Positions 18,325-26,878 of a stretch of 56,784 bases of DNA are shown one piece after another; position 1 is the first letter of the stretch; each line of letters opens with the position of its first letter. The stretch lies in assembly GCA_964001325.1 (NCBI GenBank), contig CAXFCR010000002.1, positions 1 to 56,784 on the forward strand, written 5' to 3'. A model generated the notes under the pieces. It was not told the origin of the DNA and did no database searches. It saw only the letters and a list, made by a program, of their open reading frames with translations. Source of the stretch: an uncultured Gammaproteobacteria bacterium (lineage in GTDB: Bacteria > Pseudomonadota > Gammaproteobacteria > Enterobacterales > UBA3532). A program made the position numbers and the translations under genes.

Positions 18325-18358
18325 AAAAAGCCCCAAGCAATTCTGCTGGGGCTTTTTA
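18325..18358. terminator. Bidirectional rho-independent terminator (ygiM-like / galU convergent pair)
   Basis: AAAAAGCCCCA-agcaattctgc-TGGGGCTTTTT, a GC stem flanked by an A-run and a T-run. Confidence 0.75.
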
Positions 18359-18375
18359 ATCTCTTTGAAAGCTAT

Positions 18376-19218
18376 CTATACGCCTAGTCCTGGCTTATAG
18401 ATGTTCTCGTATACATGGTTGGTTGCTTCAACAAAGCCATGTACGTTTCCACAGTCAAAGCGGGTGCCTTTAAACTGATAGGCCAAAACACAACCATCCT
18501 TGGCCTGAGCATTCAAGGCATCGGTTAATTGAATTTCATTATTTCGACCGCGTGGCGTGTTACGAATAATATCAAAAATATCCGGTGTCAGGATATAGCG
18601 ACCGATAATCGCCAAGTTGCTTGGTGCATCATCTGGATCGGGCTTTTCCACCATTTTGTTAATACGGAACAAACCACTTTTCATCGGCTCACCATCAACC
18701 ACGCCATAAGCGCTGATTTCTTCCTTTGGCACTTCCATCACAGCAACAATGCTACAGCGGAATTGATTGTACAACTTAACCATTTGTTGCATGACACCAT
18801 CACAGCCCGGCTCAACCAAGCAAAGGTCATCGGAAAGCACCACTCCGAAAGGCTCATTACCAATCAGCGTCTCTCCTGTAAGGATTGCGTGCCCCAAGCC
18901 TTCCATCGAACGCTGGCGCGTAAAGGAAAACGTACACTCATCCTGTAGCTTGCGAATGCTATGTAGATATTTTTCTTTCGCCGAGCCAGCAATTTCCGCT
19001 TCCAGCTCGTAGTTATTATCAAAGTGGTCTGCGATAGCGCGTTTATTCCGACCAGTAACAAAAGCAACCTGCTTTAATCCTGCATCTAGCGCTTCTTCAA
19101 CGCCCCACTGCACCAGCGGTTTATGCACAATGGGCAACATTTCCTTTGCCATAGCTTTAGTAACGGGTAAAAAGCGCGTTCCGTAGCCCGCGACAGGAAA
19201 CAAACATTTACGAATCAT
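18376..19218 (-). CDS. galU: UTP-glucose-1-phosphate uridylyltransferase
   Basis: 280 aa. N-terminus KCLFPVAGYGTRFLPVTKAMAKEMLPIV is the GalU nucleotide-binding motif. VEKP is also present. Confidence 0.9.
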   Translation of the reverse strand: MIRKCLFPVAGYGTRFLPVTKAMAKEMLPIVHKPLVQWGVEEALDAGLKQVAFVTGRNKRAIADHFDNNYELEAEIAGSAKEKYLHSIRKLQDECTFSFTRQRSMEGLGHAILTGETLIGNEPFGVVLSDDLCLVEPGCDGVMQQMVKLYNQFRCSIVAVMEVPKEEISAYGVVDGEPMKSGLFRINKMVEKPDPDDAPSNLAIIGRYILTPDIFDIIRNTPRGRNNEIQLTDALNAQAKDGCVLAYQFKGTRFDCGNVHGFVEATNHVYENIYKPGLGV

Positions 19219-19722
19219 AAGTTACACTCCATTGATTCAATCATTAAACCACAGCCCCATGTACGCTATCATTGTCGTTCAGACAGCGCCACCTACAATT
19301 TGCCAAACACAAACAGATTGTCGAAAACAAACAAATTGTCGAAAAAAACAACGAGCCATAGTATACCAATATTGTTGTGCGCTAATACAATGCAATGTTG
19401 GTGCCGACGCGCTTCAACAGTGCATGTCTAATCGAATAAACACAAACACCGGCTACATAAATCAGCCGATCTACCCCAACAGCATCATCACAAGTTTTTT
19501 AGAACAAAAAACACGCTAACAGGAAGAATCACAACAAATTCATAGCGCCAATGACATATGACGCTTTATCACTAAAGGCACGGTAAATGCATCCACTCTC
19601 ATAAACACCGAGGTTTGACCCGATCAGTCTTTCCTCTCGCGGAGATAGCGCTTAGATGCACCAGATTTTTACACGCTCGCATTTATCGCACCATATTTGT
19701 GCCAGCATACCGAGGTAGATTT

Positions 19723-21453
19723 ATGCCAACAGATTATTTTGACGCCACCTGGAAGCAACGCTTGATAGAGCATCTTAACGTACTTTATCCCCACTCAGTC
19801 GCCATGCAGGTTTGCGGAAAAATACTCGCCATATTGGAACAACAGGATCTGCCTCAGGCTTCGCGCGAGTCATTATGGGATCAAAAAGATGTCATACTGA
19901 TTACTTACGGCGACACCTTATCACAACCACAAAAGAAGCCGCTTGAAACACTGAAGTGGTTCAGTCAACAGTACCTTAAAGATACCATCAGTGCCATCCA
20001 CATATTGCCATTCTACCCGTTTAGCTCGGATGACGGATTCTCAGTGATTGATTTCACCGAAGTCAATAACACACTGGGCGACTGGGATGATATCGAGTCT
20101 ATTAGCGCTGATTTTGATCTCATGGCCGATCTGGTACTTAATCATATTTCCAGCCGTAGCATCTGGTTTGCTGATTTTGTCAGCGGGAATGCCCCCGGTA
20201 ATCAGTACTTTATTAACCTGCCCCCTGAAACCGATGTGAGCCAGGTTACCCGTCCTCGTAATACGCCATTGCTGGTTCCTTACTATACACGGCGAGGGGT
20301 AAAACACGTCTGGGCGACCTTTAGTGAAGATCAAATCGATCTTAACTATGAAAACCCGCAAGTATTGCTTGAAATGATACAAATCCTGCTGCTCTACGTT
20401 CGCAAAGGCTCACGCTTTATTCGTCTGGATGCAGTGGCATTTTTATGGAAGACGCTAGGTACCTCATGTATTCATCTTCCCCAGACACATGAGGTGGTTA
20501 AACTTTTTCGAACCATCCTGGCCCAAGTTGCTCCTCATGTCGTGATCATCACTGAAACCAATGTCCCGCATAAAGAAAATGTCAGCTACTTTGGTCAAGG
20601 TGACGAAGCCCATATGGTGTATCAGTTTGCGCTCCCCCCTTTGATGCTTTACACCCTTAATCGCGGTAACGCCCTGCCCCTGGCGACATGGGCGAAGAGC
20701 CTCGATCAACTGCCTGAAAACTGTACCTATTTGAATTTCACAGCCTCCCATGATGGGATCGGCGTACGTGCACTGGAAGGGTTAATCCCTCCGCATGAAA
20801 CCAAAGACTTAGTGGAGTGTATGCATCGCTTTGGTGGATTCGTCACAATGCGCACGGGGGCCGATGGCGAAGATACGCCATACGAAATCAATATTTCCTA
20901 TTTTGATGCCATGATGGGAACCCGCATGGGGCCTGATCACCTGCATATTGAGCGCTTCTTGTGTTCACAAACCATCATGATGGCCATGCAGGGCATACCT
21001 GCTATCTATATTCACAGTTTATTCGGTACACCCAACGATCTTAAAGGCGTTGAGCACACCGGCAGACTGCGCTCAATCAACCGACGCAAGTGGAACTGGG
21101 AAGAGTTGGCAGTGCAATTGGAAGAACCAAGCAGCCAACATCAGCAAGTTTTTATAAGCTTGCGCCGACGCTTGAATATCAGAAACCAGCAACTGGCATT
21201 TGCCCCTCAGGCAATGCAAACGATCCTCGATACCGACTCTGCTATATTTGGCTTTGTCCGCCATAGTTCTCGACATAGCATAGCCGTGCTGAATAATATT
21301 CGCTCGACACCTCAGACCATTAACCTGGTTGAAACCATGTCCAACCCCGTCGATACACCGCTACTTGATTTGCTTGACGGGGAACTCTTTGATGCCAATC
21401 AGATCACGCTTGATCCATACCAAAGTGTATGGCTGGAATTGCACCGAGAATAG
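19723..21453 (+). CDS. GH13_18 sucrose phosphorylase-family glycoside phosphorylase (specificity unknown; possibly glucosylglycerate/glucosylglycerol type)
   Basis: ATG 19723 with GAGGT upstream. GH13 regions are DLVLNHIS, RFIRLDAVAFLWK, VIITETN and NFTASHDGIG. VILITYGDTL near the N-terminus is typical of this family. Confidence 0.75.
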   Translation: MPTDYFDATWKQRLIEHLNVLYPHSVAMQVCGKILAILEQQDLPQASRESLWDQKDVILITYGDTLSQPQKKPLETLKWFSQQYLKDTISAIHILPFYPFSSDDGFSVIDFTEVNNTLGDWDDIESISADFDLMADLVLNHISSRSIWFADFVSGNAPGNQYFINLPPETDVSQVTRPRNTPLLVPYYTRRGVKHVWATFSEDQIDLNYENPQVLLEMIQILLLYVRKGSRFIRLDAVAFLWKTLGTSCIHLPQTHEVVKLFRTILAQVAPHVVIITETNVPHKENVSYFGQGDEAHMVYQFALPPLMLYTLNRGNALPLATWAKSLDQLPENCTYLNFTASHDGIGVRALEGLIPPHETKDLVECMHRFGGFVTMRTGADGEDTPYEINISYFDAMMGTRMGPDHLHIERFLCSQTIMMAMQGIPAIYIHSLFGTPNDLKGVEHTGRLRSINRRKWNWEELAVQLEEPSSQHQQVFISLRRRLNIRNQQLAFAPQAMQTILDTDSAIFGFVRHSSRHSIAVLNNIRSTPQTINLVETMSNPVDTPLLDLLDGELFDANQITLDPYQSVWLELHRE

Positions 21454-21618
21454 TGCTCGGACGTGCTATTCTTAGCATATGGAGGGCATAAGTTGACCAC
21501 GTCGGCTGATTTATTGTCGGGAAAGCTTTTCAAATTGTCCAAATTTGATTATCCTCCCCTTGGTTGTCGCCGGATGCGACCTAATTGACTTTGGTATTCC
21601 TCAACAAGCTGACTTTAT

Positions 21619-22092
21619 ATGGCAAGTTATATTCTGTTTTTGGGCCTAGACGGCGTAACTCACCCCTATCAGGGAACGCCCCCTAAATCGAGCTCAGAGA
21701 TAAAATTGGGTGATACCTATTTTCGCCAGGAAAATGTGGTCGAGATTAACCGCGTTATCCATAAACTGAAAGCCAATGTAGTGATCGCCAGCAGCTGGAA
21801 AGGACGCTACCACTGGCCCCTGTATAACAACCTGTTTATGGGTAAAGTCATTGGCGAAACCCCAACCATTGATGCGTTTCTCGAAGGTAAGGAACATATT
21901 CGCTATCGCGAAATCCAGCGCTTTCTCGATGAACACAATACCAATAGCATTCCCTGGCTTGCCATTGATATTTACAGAGATCAATTTCCTCCTACAGCCC
22001 CTGTTATTATCACCAATAAAGAACAGGGACTAACTAGAAATCAAGCCGATACAATTATTCGCTGGTTTGCTCCTTCATCCAGCCTTGCGTAA
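21619..22092 (+). CDS. Small HAD-like domain protein (function unknown)
   Basis: 157 aa. N-terminus ILFLGLDGVTHP resembles HAD motif I, but Gly replaces the first Asp. VVIASSW resembles motif II. Confidence 0.45.
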   Translation: MASYILFLGLDGVTHPYQGTPPKSSSEIKLGDTYFRQENVVEINRVIHKLKANVVIASSWKGRYHWPLYNNLFMGKVIGETPTIDAFLEGKEHIRYREIQRFLDEHNTNSIPWLAIDIYRDQFPPTAPVIITNKEQGLTRNQADTIIRWFAPSSSLA

Positions 22093-22124
22093 TTCGACGC
22101 CCTCTTATTTACGCATCACTTCAA

Positions 22125-22700
22125 CTATTTACGAATACCTTCAACATTTAGCTCCAGATAAACAACTTCTGAAGCAGGGCCAAGATTGTAATCGATATTA
22201 AAGTCTTTAAGACGAAGCGCCGTTTCACCGCTAAACCCTCTGCGATAGCCGCCCCAAGGATCTTTACCGGCTCCAATCTCAACAACATCGATCGATATTT
22301 CCTTACTAACACCATGTAACGTTAACGTGCCCTTAAGCACGGCTTTACCATCTTCCTTAGGCTCAAATTCGCTGCTTTTGAACGTCGCCTTGGGAAATTT
22401 ATCGACATTCAAGAAATCACTACCACGTAGATGTTTGTCTCGCTCAGCATGGTTAGAGTCGATACTTGCTGTATCGATGCTAACAGCCACACTCGCTTTC
22501 TCCGGTGCTTTTTCATCATAGATAAAAGACCCTTCAAAGGTATTAAAGCGTCCGAGCAACCAGCTGTAACCAAGGTGTTTTATTTTGAACTGTACCGAAG
22601 CATGCGCTCCCTTGGTATCGATCACATAGTCAGCAGCCTGTGCAGAAACCGTGGCAACTCCCAAAGCAAGCCCACATACGGCCATAGCAAGTTTTTTCAT
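22125..22700 (-). CDS. yceI: YceI-family periplasmic polyisoprenoid-binding protein
   Basis: 191 aa with a signal peptide (MKKLAMAVCGLALGVATVSAQA). FKIKHLGYSWLLGRFNTFEG and LTLHGVSKEI are typical YceI motifs. It is paired with cytochrome b561. Confidence 0.85.
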   Translation of the reverse strand: MKKLAMAVCGLALGVATVSAQAADYVIDTKGAHASVQFKIKHLGYSWLLGRFNTFEGSFIYDEKAPEKASVAVSIDTASIDSNHAERDKHLRGSDFLNVDKFPKATFKSSEFEPKEDGKAVLKGTLTLHGVSKEISIDVVEIGAGKDPWGGYRRGFSGETALRLKDFNIDYNLGPASEVVYLELNVEGIRK

Positions 22701-22714
22701 GATTTATCTCCTGG

Positions 22715-23260
22715 TTAAGATTTTCCGAGCATACGCCCTAGTGTGTTATCTTTATCGATGAGCTGGTGCTTGATAGCAGCACCAGCATGCAGTAAAACCA
22801 TCAATATCAGTGTGTTGGCTATCCAATAATGAGCATTTCCAGCCATATCTTCCAAATTATCGACACCAGTGATCAGCGCAGGGATTGAAAATAGCCCCCA
22901 AACATCAAGTGCACGCCCATCAGCGGTCGAAATCAAGTATCCAGAAACACACATCAGCACAATCAATACATAAAACGACCAATGTATATAGTGAGCCAAC
23001 CGCTTCTCCCACACTCTGTGGTTGGGATTTTGTGGCACTGGATTTATCAAACGCCACCCGAGGCGTAACACAAAGGCGAGCAAAACAGCAACGCCAATGG
23101 CTTTATGCCAAGCGGGTAGCACACGGTACAAAGCATCATAGTAGGTAAGGTCTGTCATATATAAGCCTAAGATATAAAGCCCGATGACGCTAACTGCCAG
23201 TATCCAGTGCAGCATTATTGCAATGAGACCGTATTTTTTATCCGAATTAACTATCTGCAC
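22715..23260 (-). CDS. cybB: Cytochrome b561 family protein
   Basis: 181 aa with four TM helices and conserved His residues (MLHWILAV, WHKAIG, HYIHW, HAGAAIKH). This is the classic yceI-cybB pairing. Confidence 0.75.
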   Translation of the reverse strand: MQIVNSDKKYGLIAIMLHWILAVSVIGLYILGLYMTDLTYYDALYRVLPAWHKAIGVAVLLAFVLRLGWRLINPVPQNPNHRVWEKRLAHYIHWSFYVLIVLMCVSGYLISTADGRALDVWGLFSIPALITGVDNLEDMAGNAHYWIANTLILMVLLHAGAAIKHQLIDKDNTLGRMLGKS

Positions 23261-23435
23261 CTGAAGCTCCCTTCGTAGAACCGGTTTAAAGCGTTATGCG
23301 ACAAGTGTAACCACTGATTGTAATAATAAAAATCAAAACAATTTGAAGCCCCTGTTCAAAATTGATGAATATTGCGTGGGTAATGTTCCTAACCCAGTTA
23401 GCATTTCAATCCACCAAGACGACAACGAGATCGAT

Positions 23436-23525
23436 ATTCCCGCGAAAGCGCGAATCCACGGGCACCATCTGATACCCCGACTCCGATACGGCAAAAACAG
23501 GATTCCCGCCTTCGCGGGAATGACG
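23436..23525. repeat. REP-like pair of GC hairpins (ATTCCCGCG..CGCGAAT and ATTCCCGC-cttc-GCGGGAAT)
   Basis: Two hairpins at 23436-23455 and 23502-23521. The second is the common GGGAATGAC-type REP that generates spurious 'PAFAGMT' ORFs on both strands, and such ORFs appear in the ORF track here. Confidence 0.7.
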
Positions 23526-23743
23526 GCCTCCAAGTAAGAACAAAGCCGAGGCTTATGCATCGTTTTGGTTCGACTGTATATATCCACCTCGACATTTCGT
23601 CTCTTTTTGGTGCATCAAAAAATCAAATAAAATGCCCACCTCAGCATATGGTGCAATAAGCCCCGACAACGCTCACCAAACAAAGGCTCATACCGTGTTG
23701 TTTTAAAAGAAATATTTTTTATTCATGCACCGATATGCATCTT

Positions 23744-23759
23744 TGGCGCACTTTATGCT
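23744..23759 (+). promoter_or_regulatory. Candidate sigma54 (-24/-12) promoter for urtA, with upstream NtrC-type half-sites
   Basis: TGGCGCactttaTGCT has GG and GC at the canonical 12-nt register. TGGTGCA half-sites lie at 23608-23614 and 23649-23655, and TGCACC at 23726-23731. The promoter is 73 nt upstream of the urtA ATG. Confidence 0.5.
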
Positions 23760-23831
23760 TCATCTGCGATGTCTCAAATCTTGGGTAGACACAAGACTCA
23801 ATCACAAAATGAGCTACGAAGGAGCACATTC

Positions 23832-25112
23832 ATGTCATTTAAGAAATTATTAACAGGCACTATTGCTGGACTAACTCTCAGCACCGGCGCGATGGCAGCA
23901 GACGATACGATTAAAGTTGGGGTATTACACTCTCTGTCTGGCACTATGGCGATCAGTGAAACCACCCTGAAAGATACTATGCTCATGCTGATTGACGAGC
24001 AAAACAAGAAAGGTGGCGTGCTTGGAAAAAAACTGGAAGCAGTGGTCGTAGATCCTGCATCTGATTGGCCGCTGTTTGCAGAGAAGGCTCGTGAGCTAAT
24101 TGAAAAAGAAAAGGTTTCATCCGTCTTTGGATGTTGGACATCGGTATCGCGTAAATCCGTACTGCCCGTTTTTGAAGAGCTTGATAGCCTTCTGTTCTAC
24201 CCTGTGCAATATGAAGGCGAAGAGTCTTCTAAAAATGTATTCTACACAGGCGCTGCGCCAAACCAACAAGCGGTTCCAGCGGTTGACTACTTGATGAACG
24301 ATCTGGGTGTTGAACGTTGGGTACTAGCGGGAACAGACTATGTATACCCTCGCACCACCAATAAGATCCTTGAGGCTTACTTAAAATCTAAAGGTGTCGC
24401 TGAAAAAGATATTATGATCAACTACACGCCATTCGGTCATTCTGATTGGCAAAGCATTGTTTCAGACATCAAGAAGTTTGGCGCAGCCGGTAAGAAAACA
24501 GCGGTTGTATCAACCATTAACGGCGACGCAAACGTCCCATTCTATAAAGAGCTGGGCAACCAAGGCATCTCAGCTCAAGACATTCCAGTCGTAGCGTTCT
24601 CTGTCGGTGAAGAAGAGCTTTCTGGTATAGACACCAAACCATTGGTTGGTCACCTGGCCGCGTGGAACTACTTCATGAGCGTGGAAGCAGAAGAAAACTA
24701 TAGTTTCATTGATGCATGGCACGCGTTCATTAAAGATAAAAAACGTGTGACTAACGATCCAATGGAAGCACACTACATTGGCTTCAATATGTGGGTAAAA
24801 GCCGTTGAAAAAGCCGGAACCACTGATCCTGCTGCGGTTCAAGAAGCGATTATCGGTGTTAGTGTACCGAACTTGACGGGTGGCTTCGCGACGATGATGC
24901 CAAACCATCATATTACTAAGCCAGTACTTATCGGTGAAATCCAGGCTGATGGCCAATTCGAAGTTGTTTCGCAAACCCCTGGCACGGTCGTTGGCGATGC
25001 GTGGTCTGACTTCCTTCCGGGCAGCAAGGACATTCTTGCCGACTGGCGCAAGCCTCTAAGCTGTGGCAACTACAACGTTAAAACGTCTAAGTGCTCTGGC
25101 CAAAACTACTAA
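23832..25112 (+). CDS. urtA: Urea ABC transporter substrate-binding protein
   Basis: ATG 23832 with AAGGAG upstream. The signal peptide is followed by DDTIKVGVLHSLSGTMAISE, a typical UrtA/LivK-like N-terminus. It heads urtBCDE. Confidence 0.9.
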   Translation: MSFKKLLTGTIAGLTLSTGAMAADDTIKVGVLHSLSGTMAISETTLKDTMLMLIDEQNKKGGVLGKKLEAVVVDPASDWPLFAEKARELIEKEKVSSVFGCWTSVSRKSVLPVFEELDSLLFYPVQYEGEESSKNVFYTGAAPNQQAVPAVDYLMNDLGVERWVLAGTDYVYPRTTNKILEAYLKSKGVAEKDIMINYTPFGHSDWQSIVSDIKKFGAAGKKTAVVSTINGDANVPFYKELGNQGISAQDIPVVAFSVGEEELSGIDTKPLVGHLAAWNYFMSVEAEENYSFIDAWHAFIKDKKRVTNDPMEAHYIGFNMWVKAVEKAGTTDPAAVQEAIIGVSVPNLTGGFATMMPNHHITKPVLIGEIQADGQFEVVSQTPGTVVGDAWSDFLPGSKDILADWRKPLSCGNYNVKTSKCSGQNY

Positions 25113-25136
25113 TCACAGTCACCTTGTCTAAATTTT

Positions 25137-25196
25137 GATGCGCTTCGGCGCTATCAATTGAAGAGGAGCGCCGTCAATGACCTTCATTGGCGGCGT
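25137..25196 (+). promoter_or_regulatory. Two intercistronic hairpins between urtA and urtB
   Basis: GATGCGC-TTCG-GCGCTATC (UUCG tetraloop) at 25137-25155, and a 12-13-bp stem GCGCCGTCAATGA/TCATTGGCGGCG at 25168-25196. They are plausibly a partial terminator or mRNA-stabiliser giving an excess of binding protein. Confidence 0.5.
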
Positions 25197-25249
25197 ATCT
25201 TCCTAGCGCTTATTTAACTTATAATTTCAACCAACGGGATCGGTTACCT

Positions 25250-26875
25250 ATGCCCTTGTTACCAGCCCTACGCTCAGCCATCCTCCTTTTTATATTCAGC
25301 ATATTCTTCATCGGTCAGGCCAGTGCCGCCCCAGTAGCCGATGAAACAGAATTTAAACAGCTCTTAAATGGATTCACTCAAAAGAGCTTTGCCGCTAAAG
25401 CTAATACTGCTCAACAAGTAGCGACATCGGGTCACCCAAAAGCCAAACAAGTCTTAGAAGCAATGGCAGAAAGCCGGCTCTATTTTCGCAAATCCGATCA
25501 ACTTGTCGTCTTTGCCGACAAAGACGGACGTAGCTACGTTCTAACGGATATTTTTAGTAATGAAACCCTTGGTACATTCTCGCGCCGAGAAGTATCCAAA
25601 GTAAAAACTAACAACAGTTTACGCGCGAAGCTGGGGAAGATGGTCGCCGAAATCGAATTAAAACACCCCGATGCATCAGTGCGCTTGGCCGCCGTCGAGG
25701 CCATGATCCCGAAGTTGAAAGAAGATGATGCAGACCTGTTTGGCTCGCTAATCAAAGAAGAGCAAGACGAGTCAGTGAAAAAGGCGTTACAGTTTGGTAT
25801 CTATATCGGGTATTTGGACAGCAGCAAGAAAGAGCGAGTGTTGAACGCGATTGAAGCCTTAGATGGCGAGCTGGAACCCATAGTACGCAACAAGCTAACC
25901 AGTCTAGCCAACAACAGCGATGATAAAGATATAAAGAAGGCCGCAAAAAAATCGTTAAAAGGCATTGAAAGCAAGATAAGTATCTTCAGTAATCTCGAAA
26001 CCATTTATTTTGGCATTAGCCTCGGCTCAATACTGATCCTGGCTGCTATTGGCCTAGCCATCACCTTTGGTGTTATGGGCGTTATCAATATGGCACACGG
26101 CGAACTGATCATGCTCGGTGCCTACACCACATACCTGATCCAGCAAGCCATGCCAAACCACACCACCGCCTCGATATTCCTGGCTATTCCCGCGGCCTTT
26201 TGCGTCAGTGGCATGGTAGGTATCGCCATCGAGCGCGGCGTCATTCGCTTCTTGTACGGCCGCCCGCTTGAAACACTGCTCGCCACTTTTGGTATCAGCC
26301 TGATTTTACAGCAGCTGGTGAGAACGGTCATATCACCACAAAATAGAACGGTAGAAACGCCAGCTTTTATGAGTGGTTCGATCGATATCAACCCTATTTT
26401 CGCACTCACCTATAACCGCTTATACATTATATCTTTCTGTATTTTAGTATTTATCGCCTTGTTCTTTATTCTAAAACGCACACGCTTGGGATTACAGGTT
26501 AGAGCAGTATCGCAAAACCGCTCAATGGCGAAAGCAATGGGCGTACGTTCAGACTGGGTCGATGCAATGACATTTGGCCTGGGATCTGGCGTGGCTGGCA
26601 TCGCTGGCGTTGCCCTAAGCCAAATCACCAATGTAGGCCCGAATATGGGGCAGTCATACATCATAGATTCCTTTATGGTGGTGGTATTTGGAGGTGTTGG
26701 AAATCTGTGGGGCACGCTGGTCGCCGGGCTTTCACTGGGTGTCGCCAACAAGGTGCTGGAGCCAATGGCTGGAGCGGTGCTCGCCAAAATCATGGTTTTG
26801 GTTTTCATCATCCTGTTTATCCAAAAGCGCCCACGCGGCTTATTTCCACAAAAAGGTCGAGCAGCGGAGGCATAA
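25250..26875 (+). CDS. urtB: Urea ABC transporter permease UrtB with ~255-aa N-terminal periplasmic extension
   Basis: ATG 25250 gives signal-like MPLLPALRSAILLFIFSIFFIGQASA. The C-terminal ~290 aa is a LivH-type permease (GVINMAHGELIMLGAY...). The TTG at 25187 in the ORF track lies inside the upstream hairpin. Confidence 0.85.
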   Translation: MPLLPALRSAILLFIFSIFFIGQASAAPVADETEFKQLLNGFTQKSFAAKANTAQQVATSGHPKAKQVLEAMAESRLYFRKSDQLVVFADKDGRSYVLTDIFSNETLGTFSRREVSKVKTNNSLRAKLGKMVAEIELKHPDASVRLAAVEAMIPKLKEDDADLFGSLIKEEQDESVKKALQFGIYIGYLDSSKKERVLNAIEALDGELEPIVRNKLTSLANNSDDKDIKKAAKKSLKGIESKISIFSNLETIYFGISLGSILILAAIGLAITFGVMGVINMAHGELIMLGAYTTYLIQQAMPNHTTASIFLAIPAAFCVSGMVGIAIERGVIRFLYGRPLETLLATFGISLILQQLVRTVISPQNRTVETPAFMSGSIDINPIFALTYNRLYIISFCILVFIALFFILKRTRLGLQVRAVSQNRSMAKAMGVRSDWVDAMTFGLGSGVAGIAGVALSQITNVGPNMGQSYIIDSFMVVVFGGVGNLWGTLVAGLSLGVANKVLEPMAGAVLAKIMVLVFIILFIQKRPRGLFPQKGRAAEA

Positions 26876-26878
26876 ACC

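Noticed and set aside
19290-19560. C/A-rich, G-poor tract that looked like a CrcZ-type Hfq/Crc sponge RNA
   Set aside because: Only one exact AAnAAnAA motif (AACAAAAA) was found on checking. There is no sigma54 promoter in the correct register upstream (CC where GG is required) and no convincing terminator. It is probably just promoter or spacer DNA between galU and the GH13_18 gene.
19689-19704. TGGCAC-aaata-TGGTG on the minus strand (sigma54-like)
   Set aside because: The -12 element is GT rather than GC, and the site is about 480 bp from the only downstream minus-strand gene (galU). It is not credible as a promoter.
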